A stretch of DNA of 64,000 nt from an uncultured bacterium (GCA_963834265.1 CAWIAU010000001.1:71572-135571), one strand, 5' to 3'; positions 33,036 through 42,813 are shown, counted from the stretch's first letter. Notes: generated by a model from the sequence alone, not told the origin. Numbers and translations: made by a program.

Positions 33036-35942
33036 ATGGCCGGGCGCTTAGTGAGAAAATTCGTTGGTATATGCCTCGTATTTTTAGTGATTTTCGCGGT
33101 CTTACCAATACAGGCTGAACCCGGCGCAGTCTCGCCCTGGTTTCTGCCGTCTAGCCCAACGCTTACGAAAATCCATGAACTGCCGACCGGCGATTCGCCC
33201 GCGACCAACACAGCTAACAGCCAGACCGATTGCCGCCGGCAAAAAATCGTTACAAAGTCCGGAAATTTTGTAAGCGACATGGGTATTCCGATCGGGCAGA
33301 AAGAAGAAAGCATACAGGCATGCGTAGTCGATACCAACTATGGAGCCGTAGGCCATGGGTATCTGATGCGACCGGATACAATGCTGGGAGGTAAAGTTCA
33401 AAAGACCAACGGAACACCCTTTGGCTTCACCCCCATACAAAATTCTGATGCCGTTCTGTCGCTGGAGTCTACAGGATGGAATGACGGAACCGTAAAGCTA
33501 AATGTAATGTATGATTTCGGCCAGAAAATAATTACCACGCTAGTCAAAGATAACGCCGGAACATTAGTCTATCGACTCAGGCCTGATGCACTATCAATCC
33601 CTTTGACCGGCCCTGATGGCCAGCCGCTTATCGTTGACGGTTCAACGATCGGCTTCTCTAAAAACGGTGAATGGATGGTGGCGGATGCCACAATGTATGG
33701 TCCTGTCAGGATAAATATTACTACCCGCGAGGTATTGCGACTTAATCCGGATTTCCGCTATTACAACAGCCTATACCCGGAGTCGCAAAGCGCGATCACC
33801 TCCGATGGTCGGTATGTATTCATAACTACAGGGCTCAATAATAAGTTCCTGCTTTATGATCTGAACAGCTGCACGGTAACAGGGGCAAATCCCCCGCGGT
33901 GCGCTTCCAGAGATTTCCGCCCATTTCTGTTATCTCAATCACCTGAGCTAAAAGGCGGGGCATACATTCGATTTTCAGATCAGAATAACATTACCTTCTA
34001 CAGCGGGAGCCTTAATGCTGAAAAAACCGCTTACATCCATACTCAGTGGGCACTTACGGCTACTGGCGAATCGCTCACCAAATATGGTTACCTGGCGCTT
34101 GGTGATTCCTTTGTCTCCGGCGAGGGCACGCACTCATACAAAGCCGGAACTGATGTTAAGGATCCTTTTAACAAATGCCATTTGTCTCTGTTATCTTATC
34201 CCTATCTGATAGGATCTGCCCTGAATCTGAACAGCTATCAATCTGTTGCCTGTTCCGGAGCAGTAATGCACGATATGGATCGATACGGCTTTAGTGAGAA
34301 AGATTATAATGATGAGATTGCTCAAGCGAATGGTAAGGAAGATTCAAATAATACTACAGAAATTCTCGCAGCCTTTCTTCCAGGTTACCGACCGCAACGA
34401 GATTTTGTAACCACATACAAGCCGGGCGTTATCACCATATCCGTGCTAGGTAACGACATAGGCTTCTCGCATATCGTAAAAAGGTGCGTACTAACCCCGA
34501 CCTGCTACGGCAATAGTGCTGAGAGAGCCGACAAAGTCAACGAGATCAATAGCAAATTCGGTCAGCTCGTCCGGACATTTGAGGGTATCAAACGTGAAGC
34601 GCCGCCCAATTCCAGAGTCTATGCCATAGGTTACCCGTTGCTCGCAGACAAGAATGGTAATTGCGCAGTTAATGTACATGCAAATCAGCAGGAACTCATA
34701 TTTTTCGACGAGCTTGTACGTTATCTGAATTTTGTGGTCGAACGAGCCGCTCAGAAAGCCGGAATAGGCTACGCAGACGTCGAAAATGCTCTGGTCGGCA
34801 GCAGATTGTGCGAAACAGATGACAAAAACATAGCTGTGAATGGTCTGACGGCCGGCAACGACGAGTTTCTGAATATCGGACCAGTCGGCAAAGAGAGTTA
34901 CCATCCGAATCTAAAGGCCCACAGACTCTACAGAGATACGATCCTGCGCGAGACCAATGATCTGACCAGATCAGCTCCGGCTTCGCCCGATAATTCTATC
35001 GCAGACCCTGTTTTATCCGACGGCAGCGAGCTTATTGATGATATCGCCTATTTATCAAAGCAGCGCCCCTATAACAAACCTGTGCTCAACGAAGATCTGG
35101 CTCCGGATGTGGTTGTAAAAGATCAGCTCATTCAGACTTCGCTCGACACCATGAAGCCCCAGAGTGATGTAAAGTCATTCCTCCACTCTGAGCCGGTACT
35201 TTTGGCACAAGCTGTCACGGACGCAAATGGTTCGGTCAATCTGAGCCTTAAAATACCCTCGAACACACCGGCTGGACTGCATACTATTCATATATATGGT
35301 GCGTCATTTTCCGGCGAGCCCCTGGATATATACAAAGATGTATACATAGCAGTAAGCGAAAATGATTATGACGGGGATGGGGTAGCGAACGAACAGGAGA
35401 AATGTCTGGCTGTAGAACCTGCGAACAAAGATTATGACCAGGACGGAACTGACGATGCCTGCGACGGGCAAATCAGTGAACCTCCTCCGGTCGAAGAGGC
35501 CCCACCGATTCCGGATGATTTGCCCGATGCAGGACCGATTGGCCTGCCTGACTTTATAACTCTGCCCGGGAAAGAATCACAGTCTGCCGGCGAGACAGTC
35601 GCCGGCGACGAGGAGCTGTCTGCTCCTGCCAGTGAGCCTGTTGCTCAAACCGCTCTATCCGCGAACAATCCTGCGACAAAGCCTTTGAGGCATGGCCAAA
35701 TCATAGATTTTGCTGCGTCAGTTGCTCCTTCAGATCAGCACCGGACACTTGGTGTGGTCATCGGCAGCACTGCCGATAAGCCATTGAAGTCCCGGCCAAT
35801 GCCGCACGTTAAACCTACTAATCCGGCAAACGCACCTAAGTCTAAGCCGGGATCTGCTATGCATTATGTAGTCGCTGCGATATTTATTGTGGTTTCGCCA
35901 ATTTTGCTTGCGCTCACAAGATACAAAAAAACAGAGCGCTGA
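33036..35942 (+). CDS. Large secreted SGNH/GDSL-family hydrolase with thrombospondin-type-3-like Ca-binding repeats and a C-terminal membrane anchor
   Basis: Signal peptide. SGNH blocks: YLALGDSFVSGEG (block I Ser), ISVLGNDIGF (block III), ESYHPN (block V His). DYDGDGVANEQEKC and DYDQDGTDDACD are TSP3-like. A proline-rich stalk precedes the C-terminal TM plus basic tail (YVVAAIFIVVSPILLALTRYKKTER). Confidence 0.7.
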   Translation: MAGRLVRKFVGICLVFLVIFAVLPIQAEPGAVSPWFLPSSPTLTKIHELPTGDSPATNTANSQTDCRRQKIVTKSGNFVSDMGIPIGQKEESIQACVVDTNYGAVGHGYLMRPDTMLGGKVQKTNGTPFGFTPIQNSDAVLSLESTGWNDGTVKLNVMYDFGQKIITTLVKDNAGTLVYRLRPDALSIPLTGPDGQPLIVDGSTIGFSKNGEWMVADATMYGPVRINITTREVLRLNPDFRYYNSLYPESQSAITSDGRYVFITTGLNNKFLLYDLNSCTVTGANPPRCASRDFRPFLLSQSPELKGGAYIRFSDQNNITFYSGSLNAEKTAYIHTQWALTATGESLTKYGYLALGDSFVSGEGTHSYKAGTDVKDPFNKCHLSLLSYPYLIGSALNLNSYQSVACSGAVMHDMDRYGFSEKDYNDEIAQANGKEDSNNTTEILAAFLPGYRPQRDFVTTYKPGVITISVLGNDIGFSHIVKRCVLTPTCYGNSAERADKVNEINSKFGQLVRTFEGIKREAPPNSRVYAIGYPLLADKNGNCAVNVHANQQELIFFDELVRYLNFVVERAAQKAGIGYADVENALVGSRLCETDDKNIAVNGLTAGNDEFLNIGPVGKESYHPNLKAHRLYRDTILRETNDLTRSAPASPDNSIADPVLSDGSELIDDIAYLSKQRPYNKPVLNEDLAPDVVVKDQLIQTSLDTMKPQSDVKSFLHSEPVLLAQAVTDANGSVNLSLKIPSNTPAGLHTIHIYGASFSGEPLDIYKDVYIAVSENDYDGDGVANEQEKCLAVEPANKDYDQDGTDDACDGQISEPPPVEEAPPIPDDLPDAGPIGLPDFITLPGKESQSAGETVAGDEELSAPASEPVAQTALSANNPATKPLRHGQIIDFAASVAPSDQHRTLGVVIGSTADKPLKSRPMPHVKPTNPANAPKSKPGSAMHYVVAAIFIVVSPILLALTRYKKTER

Positions 35943-35952
35943 TCGGTAGATA

Positions 35953-35981
35953 TTGACTTTATATATATTTTGTGCTATACT
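35953..35981 (+). promoter_or_regulatory. Strong sigma70-type promoter (-35 TTGACT, 17 bp, extended -10 TGcTATACT); implies a leaderless mRNA
   Basis: ttgact at 35953-35958 and tatact at 35976-35981, preceded by tgc. The ATG at 35989 lies 7 nt after the -10. Confidence 0.6.
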
Positions 35982-35988
35982 ATAACAT

Positions 35989-36234
35989 ATGTATACGTTT
36001 GAGGACGCTGAGGTAATGCCTTTTGATGACTCTTTGCCTGAAGAAGACCGGTGGGGCATGCTGATAGGCTGCCTGGAACTTATGACCCGTCAGGATCAGG
36101 CTGTAGGGTTGGATTTTGAGGATGCGAGGCTTAATGCTAAAGCTCGCTGCGTTGCGCCGGATCCGGAGGATGTACTCGCTCTCGATGCACGATTACTGGG
36201 CCTTTCACTGAAGGAAGGTCTGCCCCTGAACTAA
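35989..36234 (+). CDS. Small acidic hypothetical protein (81 aa)
   Basis: Intact ORF with its own strong promoter and a terminator hairpin. It is very acidic (about 18 D/E residues against 7 K/R by eye). No family recognised. Confidence 0.5.
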   Translation: MYTFEDAEVMPFDDSLPEEDRWGMLIGCLELMTRQDQAVGLDFEDARLNAKARCVAPDPEDVLALDARLLGLSLKEGLPLN

Positions 36235-36236
36235 GC

Positions 36237-36262
36237 ATTCAGCGGCTTGGGCTGAATTTTAT
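36237..36262 (+). terminator. Rho-independent terminator-like hairpin
   Basis: ATTCAGC (36237-36243), a 7-nt loop, GCTGAAT (36251-36257), then TTTTATT. Confidence 0.5.
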
Positions 36263-36759
36263 TCTTCTTCGTCCGGGTCAGCTGTTTCGGCATCAACTTT
36301 TTCTGTATCGGCGGGCTTGAGAACAATGTGTCGGTCCCGGCCTTCGCCGACTGATTCTGTGTCCAGACCGTGCTCGCCGGCTGTTTTGTGGACTACACGG
36401 CGGTCTGCAGCGTTCATAGGTTCGAGGGGCATCTCTTTGCCCGAGCTCCTGACCTGCTCTATCCATTCCACGGCTTTGGCAGCCAGCCGTCCGGCTCTCT
36501 GGAGCTTATACTCGGCGACATCAATGTTGACTCTGCTTACCTCATAACCACCGTTCTTGAGCGCGCTGCTGACCAGGAACTGCATGGCGTGCATAGTTTC
36601 GCCGCGATTGCCAATCAGGAAGCCATTCAGATGCGTAGAAGGCACCTGCAGTTCAATAACCTCGTCCTCACTGTTATGGGCACCGACATCTGTATTAAGG
36701 CCGAAGAATGATAACAGATCCTCCAGATACTTCTTGGCAAATAAGATTGATTCCTCCAC
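36259..36759 (-). CDS. jag: Jag/KhpB-type RNA-binding protein (KH plus R3H domains)
   Basis: Lies downstream of yidC as in many bacteria. R3H region MNAADRRVVHKTAGEHGLDTESVGEGRDRHIVLKP. Confidence 0.8.
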   Translation of the reverse strand: MEESILFAKKYLEDLLSFFGLNTDVGAHNSEDEVIELQVPSTHLNGFLIGNRGETMHAMQFLVSSALKNGGYEVSRVNIDVAEYKLQRAGRLAAKAVEWIEQVRSSGKEMPLEPMNAADRRVVHKTAGEHGLDTESVGEGRDRHIVLKPADTEKVDAETADPDEEE

Positions 36760-36763
36760 GGCT

Positions 36764-37699
36764 TCACCTCCTCTTTCTCTTTTTAGAAGGTTTTTTGACT
36801 TTTTTAGGTTTGGATCCGGAGTTTGAAGCCTGAAGCTTTTCGGAACTTAGCGGTTTGATATCTGAAGTCTGATCTTCATCCGATATCTGTTGCATTTCTT
36901 CAACATCCTGGCCCAGCACATGTTTCTGCTGGAAGTAGCCGACAGCGCTGCTGGTAAGAACATAGAGGCCCAGTGCCATCGGAAAGGCCAGCACGCCGAA
37001 GAATGTAGCTACCGGCACGAAATAGATCATCCCGCGCCCCACGGCATCGCCGATTTCGGATTGGTCGGCTTCTTTGCCTGCAGCTGTATCTTTGAGAATC
37101 TGAGACAGTTTGCGCGAGTTTTTGGAGTCGGGGAGAAGCAATTTGCTCTGGTGATACTGCACGAACGCCGCGATCAGCCCCAGAAGTACTCCCTGGATAT
37201 AAATGCCGTTATTTGTAATGCCGTTTTCGGACAGATTAATAACGCCATAGAAAGTATGTTCGAAGTTATCGATATTGTCAGCCAGATGCTGTATCCATGG
37301 CAGATCACGCACAGGACCATAGGAAAATGTTATGAATGAGCCCGGATCATGGATAAGTTTGCGTATTGCAAAATATAACGCCAGGAATATCGGTAGCTGG
37401 ATAAGCATTGTACCGATCATGGAGAATGGCTTGATGCCCTTTTCCTTGTATAGCTCGCCCTGCATCCGCGCCAGCTTCTGGCGGTCTTTGCCGGCAGCTT
37501 TTTTGATCTTCAGAATTTCGGGGCGCAGACTGCGCATGGCGAGGCTATGGTGCAACTGCTTGCGAACGACAGGGTAAAGGGCCAGCCGGATGACTATGGT
37601 AAATACGATAATCGCCAAGCCAAGGTCATGGCCGGGAATAAGCGCGTAAATAACTTCGAGTAAGTTAAAGACCGGCTTCTCGATATAAGTTTCAAACAT
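36764..37699 (-). CDS. yidC: Membrane protein insertase YidC (short, monoderm type)
   Basis: 311 aa. YPVVRKQLHHSLAMRSLRPEILKIKKAAGKDRQKLARMQGELYKEKGIKPFS..LIQLPIFLALY. Basic C-terminal tail. Lies in the rnpA-yidC-jag context. Confidence 0.9.
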   Translation of the reverse strand: MFETYIEKPVFNLLEVIYALIPGHDLGLAIIVFTIVIRLALYPVVRKQLHHSLAMRSLRPEILKIKKAAGKDRQKLARMQGELYKEKGIKPFSMIGTMLIQLPIFLALYFAIRKLIHDPGSFITFSYGPVRDLPWIQHLADNIDNFEHTFYGVINLSENGITNNGIYIQGVLLGLIAAFVQYHQSKLLLPDSKNSRKLSQILKDTAAGKEADQSEIGDAVGRGMIYFVPVATFFGVLAFPMALGLYVLTSSAVGYFQQKHVLGQDVEEMQQISDEDQTSDIKPLSSEKLQASNSGSKPKKVKKPSKKRKRR

Positions 37700-37749
37700 C
37701 TGGAAAAACCTCCGCTGGTTGCCTATTACTTTATCATGAAAGGGACGAT

Positions 37750-38100
37750 CTAAGGCAGGATTTTGGCTTTTTTGAGCAGTCCGGAAACTGCATTTTGCAA
37801 TAATTCCGAAGGCACTTCAGCCACCTTGTCGTCAAAAACTGTCAGTATCAGGTCATAGGGCCACGGCGAATTTGCTTCGGCACGGGCGAGACGGACGATC
37901 TCATAAATCCGGCGGCGGATCCGGTTACGGACAACGGCAGACTTGCTGACCTTGCGGCTGACTACCACTGCCAGCCTGTAATCAGCTCGTTTTGACTCTA
38001 TAAATCGTAGTGTCAGGTGTTCGCTCCGGACGCTTACGCCTTTTTTGTAGGCATAGTTCAGTGAGCCCCGGCCATGGAAACGGTTTTTGCGGCTGATCAT
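37750..38100 (-). CDS. rnpA: Ribonuclease P protein component
   Basis: 116 aa and basic. AVVVSRKVSKSAVVRNRIRRRIYEIVR (RNR motif). Lies immediately downstream of rpmH. Confidence 0.85.
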   Translation of the reverse strand: MISRKNRFHGRGSLNYAYKKGVSVRSEHLTLRFIESKRADYRLAVVVSRKVSKSAVVRNRIRRRIYEIVRLARAEANSPWPYDLILTVFDDKVAEVPSELLQNAVSGLLKKAKILP

Positions 38101-38132
38101 ATCCCTAGAATATAGGAGTTAAGAGTCGGGGG

Positions 38133-38270
38133 CTAGGCAGAGATGCTTTTGCGGCCTTTGATCCGGCGGCGCTTTAAGACATTGCGACCGGCCTTACTGG
38201 CCATACGCTTCATAAAACCGTGCTCTCTGGCGCGGTGGCGTGTTTTGGGCTGCAAGGTTCGTTTAGGCAT
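38133..38270 (-). CDS. rpmH: 50S ribosomal protein L34
   Basis: Not in the ORF track (45 aa). The minus strand reads [45 protein letters not shown], a canonical L34 sequence. Confidence 0.92.
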   Translation of the reverse strand: MPKRTLQPKTRHRAREHGFMKRMASKAGRNVLKRRRIKGRKSISA

Positions 38271-38579
38271 AATTCCTGCTTACTATACGTGGTCTGGTGA
38301 GCTTCCGTCAAACAGATCAGGAACGGACAACGTCAAAAAAACAATATATACCCTACTAAAAAACAAAAGCTATCCACTGCAAAACGAGTTTTATCCACAC
38401 AATTACAGATGGCGTCTCTGTCTGTGCATAAATCGTAATCTGTTTTTCGAATATCTATATAAATTCTATTATTTTTCAAAAGTCTGTGGAAAAGTAGCGG
38501 GCCTTTGTATATAGTTAGTGGAACAAAGAACCTGCATCCGTGCAGCGATCAGGCTTAAAGGCGAGAAAGCAGAGGGTAG
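38271..38579. other. Candidate oriC (rpmH-dnaA spacer with DnaA boxes and an AT-rich tract)
   Basis: Perfect DnaA box TTATCCACA at 38391-38399. Near-boxes cTATCCACt at 38370-38378 and TGTGGAAAA (reverse TTTTCCACA) at 38485-38493. AT-rich run at 38441-38480. Divergent rpmH/dnaA arrangement. Confidence 0.55.
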
Positions 38580-39956
38580 ATGGACACCAGCAGTCTATGG
38601 CAGGCAGTACTGGGCGAAATTGAACTGGGGGTGACACACGGTAATTACGTGACCTGGTTCAAAAATACCCGCCTGCTGCGCGTCAAAGAGAATGTGGCTG
38701 TGGTCGGCGCCCCGAACGTCTTTATCAAGCAACAGCTGGAGCGCAAGTTCAACGATCTCATAACTGAAACACTGGCCAAAAACGGAGTTCACCCTGAGCG
38801 CGTTGAGTATAAGATACTGCCGGCCTCCTCTTTGCATCGCAGGGTGGAGGACACATCCATAATGCAGAATCAGGAAAGTAACAGGGGCAGCAATGCCCCG
38901 CGTACGCCGGCTATTACAAGCAGCCTGACTCATACATACAGGCAGGGCCTGAATGAACGCTACACATTTGAAAATTTTATCGTAGGATCCGGAAACGAGC
39001 TGGCTTATGCCGCCTGTCAGGCAATTGCCGCTAACCCCGGCGCCAAGTATAATCCCCTTTTTCTCTATGGCGGTGTCGGAATCGGTAAAACACACCTGAT
39101 ACAGGCAGTAGGAAATGCCGTCGCAGGCAACAAAAAGGGTGCGCATATCGTATACGTCTCGACCGAGCAGTTCGTGCAGGAATTTCTCGACGCCATCCGG
39201 TATAAGAAGAATACTGACTTCGCCGGCTATTATCGCCGGGCCGATGTACTCATTATTGATGACGTACAGTTTATCGCCGGTAAAGAGAAAACTCAGGAAG
39301 AATTCTTCCATACTTTTAATGCACTTCATCAGGCCAATAAGCAGATCATTATCAGTAGTGATACCCGCCCAAAAGATATACCTACTCTGACTGATCGTCT
39401 GCGATCACGCTTTGAGTGGGGCATGGCAATTGATATGCAGGCACCGGATTTTGAAACACGCTGCGTGATCATCCAGAGTAAAGCCCAGAGTCACGGTCTG
39501 CAGTTACCGAATGATGTGACCGAACATCTGGCCGGTTATGTCCAGAACAACATCAGGGAGCTGGAGGGTGCTCTCAATCAGCTGATTGCCTTTTGTGATA
39601 TGCGGGGTCTCGCGCCTAATCTTGAAATAGCCGTAGCTCTGCTAGGCAACCAGAAAAGCCGGCCCAAGCACATATCTGCTCGTCAGGTAGTGGAGCGGAC
39701 AGCGAGACATTTCCAGATTCCTCTGGATGAATTACTGGGCCCAAAACGCGACAAGGATATTGTAGTGCCCAGACAGATTGCTATGTACATCCTTCGCAGC
39801 GAGTTGCACCTGAGCTTCCCGAAAATTGCGCGGGAGTTAGGCCGCAAAGACCACACGACCGCGATACATTCAGTCGAAAAAATAGAGAAAGAGCAGGCTT
39901 TTGACAGTGAAGTACGGGCAGCAATCGCTGAAATCAAGGAGCGTCTCTATGTGTAA
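38580..39956 (+). CDS. dnaA: Chromosomal replication initiator DnaA
   Basis: Walker A GGVGIGKTHL, Walker B/sensor LIIDDVQFIAGKEKTQEEFFHTFNAL, and the domain IV helix RQIAMYILRSEL..SFPKIARELGRKDHTTAIHSVEKI. Confidence 0.97.
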   Translation: MDTSSLWQAVLGEIELGVTHGNYVTWFKNTRLLRVKENVAVVGAPNVFIKQQLERKFNDLITETLAKNGVHPERVEYKILPASSLHRRVEDTSIMQNQESNRGSNAPRTPAITSSLTHTYRQGLNERYTFENFIVGSGNELAYAACQAIAANPGAKYNPLFLYGGVGIGKTHLIQAVGNAVAGNKKGAHIVYVSTEQFVQEFLDAIRYKKNTDFAGYYRRADVLIIDDVQFIAGKEKTQEEFFHTFNALHQANKQIIISSDTRPKDIPTLTDRLRSRFEWGMAIDMQAPDFETRCVIIQSKAQSHGLQLPNDVTEHLAGYVQNNIRELEGALNQLIAFCDMRGLAPNLEIAVALLGNQKSRPKHISARQVVERTARHFQIPLDELLGPKRDKDIVVPRQIAMYILRSELHLSFPKIARELGRKDHTTAIHSVEKIEKEQAFDSEVRAAIAEIKERLYV

Positions 39957-40288
39957 GAGCGCACGGTTTATGCTCGGAAAAGCAGGGGATGGGTTGTGTA
40001 TAAGCCGGTATTTCTGCACTGTTTTTATTTACCGGATTTATGTTCGTGGGATAAGTGCCGTTTATACCCGGACAAACCGGTTTTTTATACGAGCTCTTTT
40101 GCTCAGGAAGCAGATTTTTTCTGATCAGTTAAATCCTTTTTATGCACACTATCCACGGCCCTTACTACCTATTACTACTAACTTATTTAATTCATAGGAG
40201 AATACAATGAATCTCGTTACAATCAAGTCCTCTCATCAACGCTTTCACCAAACACTAAATAATACTCACAAGAAAGGATTGTAACGAG
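39957..40288. other. dnaA-dnaN spacer with DnaA-box-like sequences (possible second origin half)
   Basis: A 332-bp spacer, unusually long. TGTGTATAA (reverse TTATACACA) at 39995-40003 and cTATCCACg at 40149-40157. Confidence 0.3.
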
Positions 40289-41380
40289 ATGAAATTGCAA
40301 GTTACCCAGGAAAATCTGAACCGGGCACTCAACAACGTAGCCCGCGTTGCCAGCAATAGGAACGCTCTGCCTATTCTATCGAACATACTCATCAGAACCG
40401 TTGGCAACAGAGTATGTATCGCGGCCACCAATCTGAATATAGCCATCACCCACTACATCGGCTCAAAGGTCGCAACTGAGGGTTCGATAACTGTTCCTGC
40501 CCGCCTGATGCAGGACTTCATAGCCAGTCTGCCCAGTGAAGTAATTAACCTGAAACTGGAAGACAATAAACTACACATTGATACGGGAAAATACAGCTCG
40601 GTTATCAACGGAACTCCTGCTGATGACTACCCTGTCATGCCTTCGATCAAAGACGGTCAGACCTGGAAGATACCGGCAGCTACACTCAAAAAAGCTTTAC
40701 AGCAGGTAGTAGTAGCGGCCAGTAGTGACGATGCCCGCCCGATATTAACGGCGGTGTACTTTCACACAAAAGACAACATACTGTATATTGCCGCAACAGA
40801 TAGCTACAGACTGGCCGAAAAGAAGGTTATAAATCTGAAACAAGATGTTAGTCTGCTGGTTCCCGCATCAAGTGTGCAGGATCTGCTACGCATACTTGGT
40901 GATGGTGATGAGGAAGTGAATGTGATGCACGACGAGCAGCAAATATTATTCAGTATTGGCGACATAGAGCTGGTTACCCGCCTGATTGACGGAACCTATC
41001 CGGATTATCAGAAGCTTATTCCGGGCAAGTTCGAGACATCTGCCGAGCTGGCGAAGGCCGATTTTATAAATATTACCAAAGTATCAAGCTTGTTCGCGCG
41101 GGAAAGTGCAGGTAGTGTGACGGTAGAAGTGGATGACGCTAAGAATGAGGTAGGTATCCGGTCAATTGCCTCGCAACTCGGCGAAAACACTGCTAACGCT
41201 ACCGCGAAAGCCTCCGGAAACGGTACAATTACGCTAAATTCCCGCTATATACTGGATGCTCTGGGCAATCTGAGCGGGGATCAGGTGCAACTACGCTTCA
41301 ATGGCAAGCTGGAGCCTTCTCTGCTCACCAGTAAATCAGACGATACCTATATTCACGTTGTCATGCCCCTCAAATCGTAA
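40289..41380 (+). CDS. dnaN: DNA polymerase III beta sliding clamp
   Basis: 363 aa with N-terminus MKLQVTQENLNRALNNVARVAS and three-domain length. Lies in the dnaA-dnaN-recF context. Confidence 0.95.
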   Translation: MKLQVTQENLNRALNNVARVASNRNALPILSNILIRTVGNRVCIAATNLNIAITHYIGSKVATEGSITVPARLMQDFIASLPSEVINLKLEDNKLHIDTGKYSSVINGTPADDYPVMPSIKDGQTWKIPAATLKKALQQVVVAASSDDARPILTAVYFHTKDNILYIAATDSYRLAEKKVINLKQDVSLLVPASSVQDLLRILGDGDEEVNVMHDEQQILFSIGDIELVTRLIDGTYPDYQKLIPGKFETSAELAKADFINITKVSSLFARESAGSVTVEVDDAKNEVGIRSIASQLGENTANATAKASGNGTITLNSRYILDALGNLSGDQVQLRFNGKLEPSLLTSKSDDTYIHVVMPLKS

Positions 41381-41453
41381 ATGCCCTGTAAAGCAGTAAA
41401 GCTCACAGTATAATAGCTTTAATGGCGGACATTTAAATTACTAACACTATTTT

Positions 41454-42515
41454 ATGATTTTTACTGATATTCGTGTACAGAATTTCCGATCGTACAATGA
41501 TGCTTCATTCGAGATCGGACCGGGGGTTACGATTGTTGTAGGTCCGAATGCAGCCGGTAAAACGAATCTGGTTGAAGCACTGATGCTGGCGGCTATCGGC
41601 AGTTCCTACCGCGGCCATGAAGCTCTGATAGCACACGGCAGCGAATGGGCGCGCATCGATGTTCATACTAGCGACAACCGTGCCCGTAGTATTAAGCTCC
41701 GCACATCATCGGCGGGGCGTTCCGATAAAGAATTTGAGATTGACGACAAAATATACAAACGATTACCTGTCCATCAGCACCAACCGGTTGTACTATTTGA
41801 ACCGAATGATCTGCAGCTGCTGAGAGGTGAACCGGGAGGCCGGCGCGACTTTGCCGATAACCTACTGGAGCAGCTGAACGATGGATATAGCACACTAAGA
41901 AATCAGTATAAGAGAATCGTTTCTCAGAGAAACGCTCTGCTAAAGCAAGTGAATCATGACAAAATGCAATTGTTTACGTGGAATGTAAAATTAGCAGAAC
42001 TAGCAAGCAATATTGTTCAAAAGCGGCTGGGACTGCTCGGGGAAATTAACAAAAAACTCAGTAATTTATATAGCGAAATTTCCAAACAGCCAACGAACAT
42101 CCGGGCGGTCTACAAAAGCACTATTGATCCCGAGAATTATGCCTCATCCCTGCTCAATCGTCTGGAGAAAGACTCTGAACTTGATTATGCTCGTGGCTTC
42201 ACCGGTCACGGCCCGCACAGGGACGACATTACCTTCTTGTTCGAAGAACAAAGCGTGGTTGCTCAGGCTTCACGCGGAGAGGTCCGTACCCTATTGTTAT
42301 CACTTAAAATTATAGAGCTGGAACTACTCGAGGAGCGCCACGGTATCAGGCCGCTTTTACTGCTCGACGACGTCTTCAGTGAGCTGGATGGTACCCGCCG
42401 CAAAACCCTGACGAATTTTCTGAAAAATCACCAAACCGTCATCACAACTACAGACGCCGACGTTGTCATAAAACACTTTACCAAAAAATGCACCATCATT
42501 CCGCTGCAGAGATAG
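41454..42515 (+). CDS. recF: DNA replication and repair protein RecF
   Basis: Walker A GPNAAGKTNLVEAL, signature-like region, and Walker B LLLLDDVFSELD. Confidence 0.93.
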   Translation: MIFTDIRVQNFRSYNDASFEIGPGVTIVVGPNAAGKTNLVEALMLAAIGSSYRGHEALIAHGSEWARIDVHTSDNRARSIKLRTSSAGRSDKEFEIDDKIYKRLPVHQHQPVVLFEPNDLQLLRGEPGGRRDFADNLLEQLNDGYSTLRNQYKRIVSQRNALLKQVNHDKMQLFTWNVKLAELASNIVQKRLGLLGEINKKLSNLYSEISKQPTNIRAVYKSTIDPENYASSLLNRLEKDSELDYARGFTGHGPHRDDITFLFEEQSVVAQASRGEVRTLLLSLKIIELELLEERHGIRPLLLLDDVFSELDGTRRKTLTNFLKNHQTVITTTDADVVIKHFTKKCTIIPLQR

Positions 42516-42547
42516 TAATTACAGCAAGTCAGGGACTCCCGGAACTA

Positions 42548-42578
42548 TTGACAAAAAGTTTATCTTTAGGTAAACTTT
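42548..42578 (+). promoter_or_regulatory. Sigma70-type promoter (-35 TTGACA, 17 bp, -10 TAAACT) with embedded 8-bp inverted repeat operator; implies a leaderless phd mRNA
   Basis: ttgaca at 42548-42553 and taaact at 42571-42576. The ATG at 42583 lies 6 nt after the -10. AAAGTTTA (42555-42562) and TAAACTTT (42571-42578) are inverted repeats spanning the spacer and the -10. Confidence 0.55.
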
Positions 42579-42582
42579 AAAC

Positions 42583-42813
42583 ATGAATACAGCACCACTA
42601 CAAAACACGGTAAGTCTCAAAAATCTTCGGGAGCAACTCCCGAAGTATATTGATGCTGTCGCAAAGGGCCAAAGCTTTACTGTTGTCAAGCGCTCCAAGC
42701 CGATCTTTCAGATCAGTCCCGTGAACGACGAGGGAAGCTGGCAAACAATCGCTGACTTTACGCAAATTAACGATAGGGGCGTGCCGGCCGACGAAGTATT
42801 GGAGCAACTTTAG
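42583..42813 (+). CDS. Phd/YefM-family antitoxin
   Basis: 76 aa. SLKNLREQLPKYIDAVAKGQSFTVVKRSKPIFQISPV is the typical Phd/YefM N-terminal fold pattern. Confidence 0.7.
   Translation: MNTAPLQNTVSLKNLREQLPKYIDAVAKGQSFTVVKRSKPIFQISPVNDEGSWQTIADFTQINDRGVPADEVLEQL

Noticed and set aside
38143-38514. 123-aa plus-strand ORF in the track
   Set aside because: It is antisense to the canonical L34 gene (38133..38270) and runs through the DnaA-box/AT-rich origin spacer. Its composition is low-complexity and no motif is present.
38595-39329. 244-aa minus-strand ORF
   Set aside because: It is entirely antisense to the strongly supported dnaA CDS. It is a typical shadow ORF.
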